This document shows positions 40,239-49,452 of a stretch of DNA of 64,000 nucleotides, piece by piece (the first letter of the stretch is position 1; every line of letters begins with the position of its first letter). Source of the stretch: Gammaproteobacteria bacterium (GTDB lineage Bacteria; Pseudomonadota; Gammaproteobacteria; Eutrophobiales; Eutrophobiaceae); NCBI GenBank assembly GCA_965243205.1, contig CBDEUK010000002.1:1792001-1856000 (forward strand). The letters are read 5' to 3'. Both the position numbers and the translations under genes were made by a program. The notes beneath the pieces were generated by a model. The model did no database searches. It saw only the letters and a program-made list of their open reading frames with translations, and was not told where the DNA came from.

Positions 40239-40925
40239 ATGAGCAAAACCTTTCCTAACGAAACTGAAGATTATCGACAGCAACGTAATAAATTATTACA
40301 AGCTGAAAAAGACCTACGCATTCAGTTAGAAACAGTTGCTTCGTTAAGGCGTCAATTACCGATCGGAGGTAAATTAAAAGAAGACTACTTGTTTGATGAA
40401 GGGCCTGAAGATATCAATACAGAAGGTATGATCAAGCAAACACATTTTTCTGAATTGTTTGAAGCAGATAAACCTAACTTGTTGGTTTATAGTTTTATGT
40501 TTAATCCTGAACATGAAAAACCATGTCCAGCATGTACTTGTTTCATGGATAGTTTAAATGGATTAGCTCCGCACCTACGCAGTCATGTCAACGTAGTGAT
40601 CATTGCTAAAGCGCCCATAGAGCGTTTTCGAAAATGGGCTAAAGACAGAGGGTGGCATAATCATCGACTTGTATCTTCTTTTAATAATACATATAACCGA
40701 GACTATGGGGGTGAAGATGATGAAGGCAGCCAAACACCTTGTTTGAATGTGTTCCAAAAAAACGAAGAAGGTATTCATCATTTTTATAATACGGAGTTGT
40801 TATACGCTGAACCTGAGGAAGGGCAGCACCCTCGTCACGTGGATTTATTATGGCCAGTATGGAATTTTCTCGATCTGACGCCTGAAGGCCGTACAGGTTG
40901 GTTTCCTAAGTTTGAGTATGATTGA
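40239..40925 (+). CDS. DUF899 thioredoxin-like protein
   Basis: LRRQLPIG, YSFMF, CPAC, LDLTPEGR. Confidence 0.88.
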   Translation: MSKTFPNETEDYRQQRNKLLQAEKDLRIQLETVASLRRQLPIGGKLKEDYLFDEGPEDINTEGMIKQTHFSELFEADKPNLLVYSFMFNPEHEKPCPACTCFMDSLNGLAPHLRSHVNVVIIAKAPIERFRKWAKDRGWHNHRLVSSFNNTYNRDYGGEDDEGSQTPCLNVFQKNEEGIHHFYNTELLYAEPEEGQHPRHVDLLWPVWNFLDLTPEGRTGWFPKFEYD

Positions 40926-40946
40926 TACTGAAAGAGTTAGGATCTG

Positions 40947-41297
40947 TTATTTGGTTTTTAGCTCTTTCAGATGTTGAGAACCCCATACCTGTAAAGCCTT
41001 AACGACAGGCGCCAGCGTTTTACCGTACTCCGTCATTGAATATTCCACTTTGGGCGGCACTTCCGGATAAACTTTTCTTGAAATCAGATTGTCAGCTTCC
41101 AGCTCACGCAGTTGTTTTGTCAGCATTCTTTGAGTGATTTCAGGCATTAAACGTCTTAGCTCATTGAATCGAATCGTCTCAATAAGTAAATGATAAAGGA
41201 TCACCCCTTTCCATTTACCACCAATCACTTCTAAAGCGGCTTCTACAGGACAACCTTCGTTACAGTCATAACGTGAATGTGCGTTTTGTCTTTCCAT
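40947..41297 (-). CDS. HxlR-family winged-helix regulator
   Basis: CPVEAALEVIGGKWK, QLRELE, PPKVEYS. Confidence 0.93.
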   Translation of the reverse strand: MERQNAHSRYDCNEGCPVEAALEVIGGKWKGVILYHLLIETIRFNELRRLMPEITQRMLTKQLRELEADNLISRKVYPEVPPKVEYSMTEYGKTLAPVVKALQVWGSQHLKELKTK

Positions 41298-41340
41298 TAG
41301 TATACTTTTTGTGCCTATATATCATTTATGTGCGTACTTA
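41298..41340. promoter_or_regulatory. Candidate HxlR-family operator in the divergent promoter region
   Basis: Tandem TACTTTTTGTGCCTAT / TCATTTATGTGCGTACTT elements next to the regulator start. Confidence 0.45.
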
Positions 41341-41426
41341 TGTTTATTGATTATATCTTATATTCTGACTGCATATCCATAAAAGCCAAGAGTTAAAGAA
41401 ACTCTCAGATTCGAAAGGAGAAAACA

Positions 41427-42413
41427 ATGAAAGCAATGCTAATCAATGAATACGGTGAAAATGCAGTATTTGAACTCACTGATGTTGATAAGCCTACAGT
41501 GAGTTCAGGTCATGTACTGATTAATATCGCTGCATCTAGTGTGAATACCGTAGATACAATGATTCGTAAAATGGGTAATGAATTACCCTTATCGCCCAAG
41601 ACTCCCGCTATTTTAGGGATGGATTTTGCTGGGACTGTTGTGGAAGTCGGGAAAGGTGTTAAGGGGTTTGCCATTGGTGATGAAGTCTATGGTTGTGCCG
41701 GTGGTTTAGCCGATTTACCTGGAACATTAGCGGAATATATTGCTGCTGATAGTAAGTTGATCGCACATAAACCTAAAAACTTATCGATGCGCGAAGCAGC
41801 GGCTTTGCCTTTAGTTGCCATTACAGCTTACGAAGGTTTGCTTCGCGCGGGTGTTAAGGAAGAACAAAAGGTTTTGGTACATGGCGGTTCAGGTGGCGTT
41901 GGTCATGTCGCCTTGCAGTTGGCAAAGCATTTTGGTGCAGAAGTCTATTCCACGGGTGGTGGTGATAAACAATTAGCTTTAATCGAAAGTTTAGGTGCAA
42001 CACCGATTAACTACAAAACCGAAACAGTTGAACAGTTCGTTGCTCAACATACGAATGGAAATGGGTTTGATGTGGTGTTTGATTCCGTAGGCGGATTAAA
42101 CATGGCTAATTCATTTGAAGCCGCAGCATTGAATGGCCAGATTGCATCGACCGTTTCAATGGTTGAATTGGATTTATCCGTAGCACATTTTAAGGGTTTA
42201 TCACTACACGTTGTCTTCATGTTGATCCCAATGTTGCATAACTTTAAACGAAAAGAACACGCAGTCTTTTTACAAGAGATTGCAAAGATTGCTGAAGCTG
42301 GCGAACTAAAACCTATCCTTGATGACAATAAATACTCACTTGAACAAGCAGGACAAGCATATGAGCGATTAGAAAGTGGAAAAGCAATGGGCAAAGTTGT
42401 TATTGAAAATTAA
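41427..42413 (+). CDS. NADPH:quinone oxidoreductase (MDR / zinc-ADH-like family)
   Basis: GMDFAG, AAALPLV, HGGSGGVG, GKVV. Confidence 0.9.
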   Translation: MKAMLINEYGENAVFELTDVDKPTVSSGHVLINIAASSVNTVDTMIRKMGNELPLSPKTPAILGMDFAGTVVEVGKGVKGFAIGDEVYGCAGGLADLPGTLAEYIAADSKLIAHKPKNLSMREAAALPLVAITAYEGLLRAGVKEEQKVLVHGGSGGVGHVALQLAKHFGAEVYSTGGGDKQLALIESLGATPINYKTETVEQFVAQHTNGNGFDVVFDSVGGLNMANSFEAAALNGQIASTVSMVELDLSVAHFKGLSLHVVFMLIPMLHNFKRKEHAVFLQEIAKIAEAGELKPILDDNKYSLEQAGQAYERLESGKAMGKVVIEN

Positions 42414-42441
42414 AGAACAGAAGCAATAAGGAGAAAACAAT

Positions 42442-42744
42442 ATGACATATTATTCAGTATTAGCTGTTACACCGACCAGTGAAGATTGGATCCCAGACTA
42501 TATTGAACCCGCGAATAAATTAGTTGCAAAGCATGGTGGTAAATATCTTGCTCGAACAGCTAGCCATGAGACTATGGAAGGCGATGGACAAGATGCTGCA
42601 TTACGAATCATTATAGAGTGGCCTTCAAAGGAAGCAGCGGTTGCTTTCATGAATGATCCGGGTTATGTGCCGCACTTGAAAGCTCGAACCAAAGGCTCTG
42701 AGAGTCATCATTTTCTTATCGAGGGAAAAGACGACCTTGCTTAA
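42442..42744 (+). CDS. DUF1330 family protein
   Basis: HGGKYLAR, IIEWPSKEAA. Confidence 0.85.
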   Translation: MTYYSVLAVTPTSEDWIPDYIEPANKLVAKHGGKYLARTASHETMEGDGQDAALRIIIEWPSKEAAVAFMNDPGYVPHLKARTKGSESHHFLIEGKDDLA

Positions 42745-42813
42745 TTGTTCGTGAGTTGGATAATCTTATTTGCAAGATTATCCAACATACAAATATTGTT
42801 AAAGAAAGTCGTT

Positions 42814-43353
42814 ATGAAATTTGAAGAGCTTTGGTCTAAATACAAAAGTAGTTTAAAGTCTTTTTTACATTCCAAAATTTCTAATCCTGCAGATGTTGAT
42901 GATCTGCTTCAAGAAATATTGATCAAAACACATAATAGTCTCGATGGTTTAAATAATGACGCCAGTATTAAATCATGGTTGTTCCAGATCGCTAATCGAA
43001 GCATGATAGATTTTTATCGAAAGAATAGTAGAGATGAAATTAATAAAGATTTTTTATGGTACGACGAAAGTGAGTATGATGTAAAAACAGAATTAAGTTA
43101 CTGTATCGAACCTTTTCTTAAAACATTATCAGAAGACTCTGCAAAATTATTACGTATCATAGATTTAGAAGGTCAATCACAAAAAGATACGGCGGTAAAT
43201 TTAGGTATTAGTTATTCCACCTTAAAGTCTCGCGTGCAAAAAGCTAGGATGGAACTTAAAGCGTTATTTGAAGAATGTTGCTTCTACCATACTGATAAGC
43301 AAGGTAATCTTATCGATTTCGAACAAAAAACCGAACGATGTAAAAATTGTTAA
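42814..43353 (+). CDS. sigZ: ECF RNA polymerase sigma factor, SigZ-like
   Basis: DDLLQEILIK, SWLFQIANR, STLKSRVQKAR, C-terminal CC...CKNC. Confidence 0.85.
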   Translation: MKFEELWSKYKSSLKSFLHSKISNPADVDDLLQEILIKTHNSLDGLNNDASIKSWLFQIANRSMIDFYRKNSRDEINKDFLWYDESEYDVKTELSYCIEPFLKTLSEDSAKLLRIIDLEGQSQKDTAVNLGISYSTLKSRVQKARMELKALFEECCFYHTDKQGNLIDFEQKTERCKNC

Positions 43354-43424
43354 TTAATTTCATTTTTCTTTCGTCTTTTTAGACGTTGCTTCGTCTTATA
43401 GATAAATTCTAAAAAAAAGAGGAA

Positions 43425-44129
43425 ATGAATATGATTAAAGTCGTTAGTTTTAAAATTTGTCCTTTCGTGCAACGGGTAACAGCTTTATTAGAAGCTAAAA
43501 ACTTAGCTTATGAAGTTGAATATATTAGTCTTGCTAATAAACCCGAATGGTTTTTGAAAATCTCACCGAATGCACAAGTCCCGGTATTAATTACGGAATC
43601 AGGTAAGGCCTTATTTGAGTCAGATGCTATTGTTGAATATTTAGATGAAGTGCACGAGCCTTTAGAAGAAGATATATCAGCTGAGCAACGAGCAGCTGAT
43701 CGAGCATGGAGTTATTTAGCAGCTAAAAATTATCTAGTTCAATGCAGCGCGATGCGAAGTACAACTCAAGAAATCTTTCATGAACGTTCTGATAAATTAC
43801 GACAAATGTTTGCAAAAGCAGAAACTGCTTTAGGCAATGGAACTTTTTTTAAAGGTGATGAGATAAGTAATGTTGATATTGCATGGCTTCCTGTATTACA
43901 TCGAGCCTATATCATATTGCAAACAACAGGTTATGATTTTATAAAAGGTTATCCAAACGTTCAAAGATGGCAAAAAGCAATCATCAATAGTGGTCTAGCT
44001 GAAAAATCTGTCGCAAATGATTTTGAAACGGCATTTACGAAATTTTATTTATCTGAGGAAACATTTTTAGGTTGTTGTCATGTCCATCAATGTGATTTTG
44101 ATGTTAAGTGTGCTGAAAACTGTTGTTAA
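43425..44129 (+). CDS. Glutathione S-transferase with Cys-rich tail
   Basis: CPFVQR, SPNAQVP, ESDAI; C-terminus GCCHVHQCDFDVKCAENCC. Confidence 0.9.
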   Translation: MNMIKVVSFKICPFVQRVTALLEAKNLAYEVEYISLANKPEWFLKISPNAQVPVLITESGKALFESDAIVEYLDEVHEPLEEDISAEQRAADRAWSYLAAKNYLVQCSAMRSTTQEIFHERSDKLRQMFAKAETALGNGTFFKGDEISNVDIAWLPVLHRAYIILQTTGYDFIKGYPNVQRWQKAIINSGLAEKSVANDFETAFTKFYLSEETFLGCCHVHQCDFDVKCAENCC

Positions 44130-44264
44130 TTAGAAAATAATTCTAGACAGAATTCTTTAGCTTGATCACAATTAGGCACTGAAAAATAAAGATGAATTTG
44201 GATGTCATGTCATAATTCATCTTTATTATTATATAAAAATTATTAAAAATAAGGTGTTGTTGTA

Positions 44265-44549
44265 GTGCTTAAATTTTTTCGTTTTATAAGTGTATTAGAG
44301 GGTATTTCCTATCTAATCATCTTGAGTGTTGCATTTGAATTAATTAGTCGTGAATACGTTTATCTCTTTGGTATGGGGCATGGAGTACTTTACTTACTAT
44401 ATTTAGTGCTTTCATTGATCGTATGTAACAACGAAAAATGGTCTGTGTTGATTTGGATAGCTCTTTTAATTGCTGCAGTGATTCCATTCGCATTTATTCC
44501 TGTAGAATATTTTTTAAAGAAGCACCAATTTAAAAGCAATGTCGATTAG
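44265..44549 (+). CDS. DUF3817 membrane protein
   Basis: FRFISVLEGISY, GMGHGVL, IPFAF. Confidence 0.85.
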   Translation: MLKFFRFISVLEGISYLIILSVAFELISREYVYLFGMGHGVLYLLYLVLSLIVCNNEKWSVLIWIALLIAAVIPFAFIPVEYFLKKHQFKSNVD

Positions 44550-44796
44550 GTATTCATCTAAATTCATAAATCTGAAATTATAGATAAAAGCTTAACCTTC
44601 TGGGTCAAAAATTAAATCACCCATTTTTAAGTTATTAAAATTTGGTTTTATGATTTTAGCTTCAAATTCAGTTAAAAAGATTCCGATATTATTTTGCTGA
44701 TTATCTTATTAAAATGATTCTTTTCTGCTAAAAGTTCGCATTATTAGTCTGACTCGTTAGAATATACAAATCATAAGAAACATATGGGGAGTCATC

Positions 44797-45234
44797 ATGA
44801 AAAGGGCAAGTTTTTTGTCTGCAATGTTGTTTTTCATTTTTGCTAATTCGATACAAGCACACCCTGTTGCAGAAGCCGAAGCCGAGTTTACAGGCCCAAG
44901 TGAAACCAAAGGTATTGAATCCATTAATTCGCGTGGCGTTATTGATTTGGGAACGGAATTTAATGGTATGGAAGGCAAACAAATGCGTGCACGAGAATTC
45001 ACTATTGAACCAGGAGGAGTTGTTGGTGTACACACACATAATAACCGTCCGGGTTATGCATATATATTAGAAGGAACAATTATCGAACATAGAAACGATG
45101 CTGATGGCCCTATTGTTCATGAAGCTGGTGGTCTTGCGATTGAGAAAAATGGTGTTGCTCACTGGTGGGAGAATACTTCGGATAAAAAAGTGAAAGCATT
45201 AGTCGTCGATATCTATACGCTAGAAGAAAAATAA
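44797..45234 (+). CDS. Secreted cupin-domain protein
   Basis: Signal peptide; PGGVVGVHTH...YILEG, HWWEN. Confidence 0.85.
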   Translation: MKRASFLSAMLFFIFANSIQAHPVAEAEAEFTGPSETKGIESINSRGVIDLGTEFNGMEGKQMRAREFTIEPGGVVGVHTHNNRPGYAYILEGTIIEHRNDADGPIVHEAGGLAIEKNGVAHWWENTSDKKVKALVVDIYTLEEK

Positions 45235-45238
45235 ATTG

Positions 45239-45847
45239 ATGTCATTTGAATCGTTAGCGAATCAGTTAGTAGAAGCAGGTAAGGTTTTATATAACTGGGG
45301 CATGGTGCCAGCAACCAGCGGTAACTTTTCGGCTCGTATTAATGATGATGAAATTGCCATAACCGTTTCCGGTAGACATAAAGGTAAGTTACATCAAGAT
45401 GATATTATGCGTATTGATTTAGCTGGAAAATCATTAGATGGTAAAAAGTCATCTGCAGAAACTGGATTACATACACAAATCTATAATCGATTTCCAGAAA
45501 CGAAAGCGTGCTTGCATGTTCATTCATTAACATCATGTCTTATTTCAAAGAATGATGATGAAGTAACACTAGAAAATTATGAATTACTTAAGGCTTTTCC
45601 AAGTATTTCTACACATGAAGTCTCCGTAAACATACCAATATTCGATAACGATCAAAATATAGAGCGCTTAGCTAAGTTGGTAGATAAACATATACAAGAG
45701 AATATTTTATCGATACCCGTTTATTTAATCCGTGGGCATGGTGTTTATGTCTGGGGCGATTCTGTGAATCAAACATTAAATTATATCGAGGCATTAGAGT
45801 TTCTATTTAAATGCGAATTAACACAACGAGGAGTGATTAATCCATGA
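45239..45847 (+). CDS. mtnB: Methylthioribulose-1-phosphate dehydratase
   Basis: PATSGNFS, SAETGLH, HVHS, RGHGVYVWG. Confidence 0.93.
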   Translation: MSFESLANQLVEAGKVLYNWGMVPATSGNFSARINDDEIAITVSGRHKGKLHQDDIMRIDLAGKSLDGKKSSAETGLHTQIYNRFPETKACLHVHSLTSCLISKNDDEVTLENYELLKAFPSISTHEVSVNIPIFDNDQNIERLAKLVDKHIQENILSIPVYLIRGHGVYVWGDSVNQTLNYIEALEFLFKCELTQRGVINP

Positions 45848-46395
45848 CTCAATTAACGGTTTATCCAGATAATGATCCTGCAGAAAGCACAGTAATATCA
45901 GATTACGAACAAATAGCTTCGACATTAAATTCGATCGGAGTTCTATTAGAAAAATGGCAAGCAGAACAACCTTTAGAAAAAGAGGCTTCAGCCGAGGATG
46001 TGATGCAAGCGTACGATAAAGAAATTCAATTGCTCAATGATAAGTACAACTTTACAACAATTGATGTGGTTGGTTTGAATCCTGATCATCCAGACAAAGA
46101 AGCAATGCGCCAAAAGTTTTTATCAGAACATACGCATGATGATTTTGAAGTGCGTTTTTTTGTAGAAGGTAGCGGAGTTTTTTATTTGCATATTGATGGT
46201 AAAGTGTATGCGACGTTATGTGAAAAAGGTGATTTGATAAGCGTACCAGCTAATACAACACATTGGTTTGATATGGGTACATCACCATATTTCAAGTGCA
46301 TTCGTTTCTTTACAACCGATGAAGGTTGGGTCGGTAATTTTACCGGCAGTGACATTGCGCAATCCTTCCCAGACTTTGATACCTTAACTGCGTAG
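45844..46395 (+). CDS. mtnD: Acireductone dioxygenase
   Basis: FLSEHTHDDFEVRFFVEG, VPANTTHWFD. Confidence 0.94.
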   Translation: MTQLTVYPDNDPAESTVISDYEQIASTLNSIGVLLEKWQAEQPLEKEASAEDVMQAYDKEIQLLNDKYNFTTIDVVGLNPDHPDKEAMRQKFLSEHTHDDFEVRFFVEGSGVFYLHIDGKVYATLCEKGDLISVPANTTHWFDMGTSPYFKCIRFFTTDEGWVGNFTGSDIAQSFPDFDTLTA

Positions 46396-46404
46396 TAAAA
46401 CAGT

Positions 46405-47082
46405 TTGATAAAAGCAATTATTACAGATATTGAAGGCACAACAACGTCTATCAGTTTTGTATTTGATGTATTGTTTCCGTACGCACGCAAACATATTTCT
46501 CAGTTTATAAAGACACATTCTAATGATCCTGAAGTTAGGGCAATATTGGATGATGTGATTGAACTTGCCTCAGTAGAGAATGATATAGATTCTATTATCC
46601 AACAGCTTATTCAGTGGATTGATGATGATAAAAAAATTACTCCTTTAAAAACCTTACAGGGCATGATTTGGAAAGCAGGTTATGAAAGTGGAGATTTTAA
46701 AGGTCATGTTTATCCAGATGTAGAGCCTAAGTTGAGTGAATGGCGTCAACAAGGCATAGAGTTATACGTCTATTCTTCTGGTTCTGTTGCGGCGCAAAAA
46801 TTAATTTTTGGCTATAGCGAGGCAGGGGATTTAACACCATTATTTTCTGGTTATTTCGATACTAAAATCGGCCAAAAGCGAGAAGCTAATTCTTATCAAA
46901 ATATACTGGATGAAATCAAACAGGATGCTGATGAAGTATTGTTCTTATCGGATATTGAACAGGAGTTAGATGCTGCTCACCAAGTGGGTTTGAAAACAAT
47001 ACAGCTCGTACGTAATGGGGGGACTGCATCAGCTTCTCATATATCACAAAAAAGCTTTTCGGAAATCCAGCTAACATCTTAA
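46405..47082 (+). CDS. mtnC: Enolase-phosphatase E1
   Basis: DIEGTT, LKTLQGMIW, YSSGSVAAQ, FLSD. Confidence 0.95.
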   Translation: MIKAIITDIEGTTTSISFVFDVLFPYARKHISQFIKTHSNDPEVRAILDDVIELASVENDIDSIIQQLIQWIDDDKKITPLKTLQGMIWKAGYESGDFKGHVYPDVEPKLSEWRQQGIELYVYSSGSVAAQKLIFGYSEAGDLTPLFSGYFDTKIGQKREANSYQNILDEIKQDADEVLFLSDIEQELDAAHQVGLKTIQLVRNGGTASASHISQKSFSEIQLTS

Positions 47083-47224
47083 TTTTACTAGTTTTATCTA
47101 GGCTTCAATTATCAACCGATATATAGACTATACTCTTTAAGTTATTTCGATATTTGTCGATAGATCGACTATCTATAATAACCATTGCAGATAGAATTTG
47201 TCAGTATGGAAGACGTGACAATTT

Positions 47225-49336
47225 ATGCATTACAACGACCAATACATCAACGAGCATACCGCATGGCTGAATAGCATCGGTGCTGCAACGTTTGTAATCA
47301 ACCTCGATTCAAACGTGCTATTGTGGAATCGTGCCTGCGAAACTTTATCAGGTGTTAGTTCTAGCGAAGTATTAAATACCAATAAGCATTGGATGGGGTT
47401 TTACGATCATCAAAGACCCTGTTTAGCGGATATGGTATTGGATGATGAATGGGAAGAAAAAGCCAATTTATACGATCATATTGAGTTAGCAACCAGTTCA
47501 TCACGTGGCCTAGTTGGTCGAAACTGGTGTCAGACGCCTGCTGGAAATAAATTTCTTATCTTTGAAGCAAATGCATTATTTGATGATGATGGCAATGTTG
47601 TTGGTGCTATTGAAACCTTAAGTGATGCAACCCATTTAAAAACTATGGAAGAGCGTGTTCAGGTTTTTTCCAAGGCAATTGACCATAGTAGCTCATCTAT
47701 TGTTATTACTGATTCACAAGGACGAATTCGATTTTTAAATCCTACTTTTAGTACAATTACTGGCTATCACTATAACGAAGCATTAAATAAAGATATAAGC
47801 ATGATTTGGTCAGAAAAGGAATTGGCAACAAAGAATATTTTAGAAAATTTGCATAAGAATGATGAATGGCATGGAGAGATAAAAAGTGTTCGTAAAGACG
47901 GTGAACAATTTTGGAATCGATGTACGGTTACAAATATTAAGAGTGAGGACGGTAATTCAACATATCATGTTTATGTTCAAGAAGACATAACGCATGAATA
48001 TGAAAACGCTGAAAAGCTTAATTATCTTGCTAAGCATGATCAACTGACTGGTCTTATTAATCGTAGAGAGTTTGAAGTTAGGGTTCAAGATTTACTTAAT
48101 GAAGGCGGTGAAGATGAGCATGTTATTTGTTTTATTGATCTTGATAAATTTAAAATAGTTAATGATAGTTGTGGTCATCATGTAGGTGATGAGTTGTTAA
48201 TACAGTTGGCGGATACTCTTAAAAACAAACTTGCAGGCAATGGCCTATTTGCTCGAGTTGGTGGTGATGAGTTTTCTATTTTATTAAAAAATACTGGTTA
48301 TGAAACTGCTAAGAAGATATGTTTATCTTTAGTTGCTGAAATAGAAGAATATCAATTCGTTTGGAATGGCCGGCCATTTAAAATTGGTATGAGTGTTGGT
48401 GCAGTTGTATTTAAACCTCATGATTTAGATTTGACGGAGTTGTTTAAACTTGCTGATACCGCATGTTACATGGCTAAAGAATTAGGAACTAATCGTGTTC
48501 ATTTTTACACAGAGGATGATGCAGAATTAAATAAAAGACATGAGCAAAAAAGATGGTTTACTAAAATTCAAGAAGCATTAGAAAAGGATCTTTTTCAGTT
48601 GGATGCTCAAGCCATTGTGCCGACCAAAGATAAACCTGAACGAGATGGTATTCACTATGAGATTTTAATTCGTATGCTTAATGATCAAGGTGATAGAATT
48701 CCACCAAATACATTTTTACCTGCTGCTGAACGTTATGATTTAATGCGTAGTATCGATTGTTATGTTATCGAGAAAACATTAAATTTATTAAAAGAAAATC
48801 CAAACTTTTTATCTCAGGTCCATTTCATTTCTATTAATTTATCTGGTCAATCATTAGCTGATGAGGCGGTATTAAATTTTATAACAACTCAGCTTGAAAA
48901 AACAAAAATACCATGTGAAAAAATTTGTTTTGAAATAACAGAAACTGCGGCTATCACACATCTTTCAAAAGCAATAAATTTAATTAACTCAATAAAAAAA
49001 TACGGCTGTAGTTTTGCATTAGATGATTTTGGTGCGGGTTTGTCTTCTTTTGCTTATTTAAAAAACTTACCAGTCGATTACTTAAAAATAGATGGTATGT
49101 TTGTAAGAGATATTCCTAACAATGATACTGATTTAGAATTGGTCAAATCTATCAACCAAGTAGGTCATGCGCTTGGAATGAAAACCATTGCTGAGTTTGT
49201 AGAAGATGATCAGACTATGTCTATGCTAAAAGCTATCGATGTCGACTATGCACAAGGTTATGGAATAGAAAAGCCTAGAGATTTCAAAAGCATTATCCAA
49301 GAAAGCGAAACGAACACATATTCGTTGTTTGGTTAA
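47225..49336 (+). CDS. PAS-PAS-GGDEF-EAL c-di-GMP signalling protein
   Basis: Two PAS regions, HDQLTGL, GGDEF, EILIR, DDFGAG, KIDG, QGY. Confidence 0.93.
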   Translation: MHYNDQYINEHTAWLNSIGAATFVINLDSNVLLWNRACETLSGVSSSEVLNTNKHWMGFYDHQRPCLADMVLDDEWEEKANLYDHIELATSSSRGLVGRNWCQTPAGNKFLIFEANALFDDDGNVVGAIETLSDATHLKTMEERVQVFSKAIDHSSSSIVITDSQGRIRFLNPTFSTITGYHYNEALNKDISMIWSEKELATKNILENLHKNDEWHGEIKSVRKDGEQFWNRCTVTNIKSEDGNSTYHVYVQEDITHEYENAEKLNYLAKHDQLTGLINRREFEVRVQDLLNEGGEDEHVICFIDLDKFKIVNDSCGHHVGDELLIQLADTLKNKLAGNGLFARVGGDEFSILLKNTGYETAKKICLSLVAEIEEYQFVWNGRPFKIGMSVGAVVFKPHDLDLTELFKLADTACYMAKELGTNRVHFYTEDDAELNKRHEQKRWFTKIQEALEKDLFQLDAQAIVPTKDKPERDGIHYEILIRMLNDQGDRIPPNTFLPAAERYDLMRSIDCYVIEKTLNLLKENPNFLSQVHFISINLSGQSLADEAVLNFITTQLEKTKIPCEKICFEITETAAITHLSKAINLINSIKKYGCSFALDDFGAGLSSFAYLKNLPVDYLKIDGMFVRDIPNNDTDLELVKSINQVGHALGMKTIAEFVEDDQTMSMLKAIDVDYAQGYGIEKPRDFKSIIQESETNTYSLFG

Positions 49337-49367
49337 AGAATATCTGATTTTATTTGAAGATGGTATT

Positions 49368-49399
49368 TTAAATAAAACCGCCCGAGGGCGGTTTATTTT
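49368..49399. terminator. Bidirectional intrinsic terminator
   Basis: AAACCGCC-cgag-GGCGGTTT flanked by A-rich and T-rich tracts. Confidence 0.85.
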
Positions 49400-49452
49400 C
49401 TAGAGGAGGGGTCAAGATCACAAGGCAATTCGTTATAAATTCCAATAGGCAT
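49393..49452 (-). CDS. Candidate small protein MPIGIYNELPCDLDPSSRK (19 aa)
   Basis: GGAG at 49464-49461, 8 nt before ATG 49452; TAA at 49395-49393. Confidence 0.3.
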   Translation of the reverse strand: MPIGIYNELPCDLDPSSRK

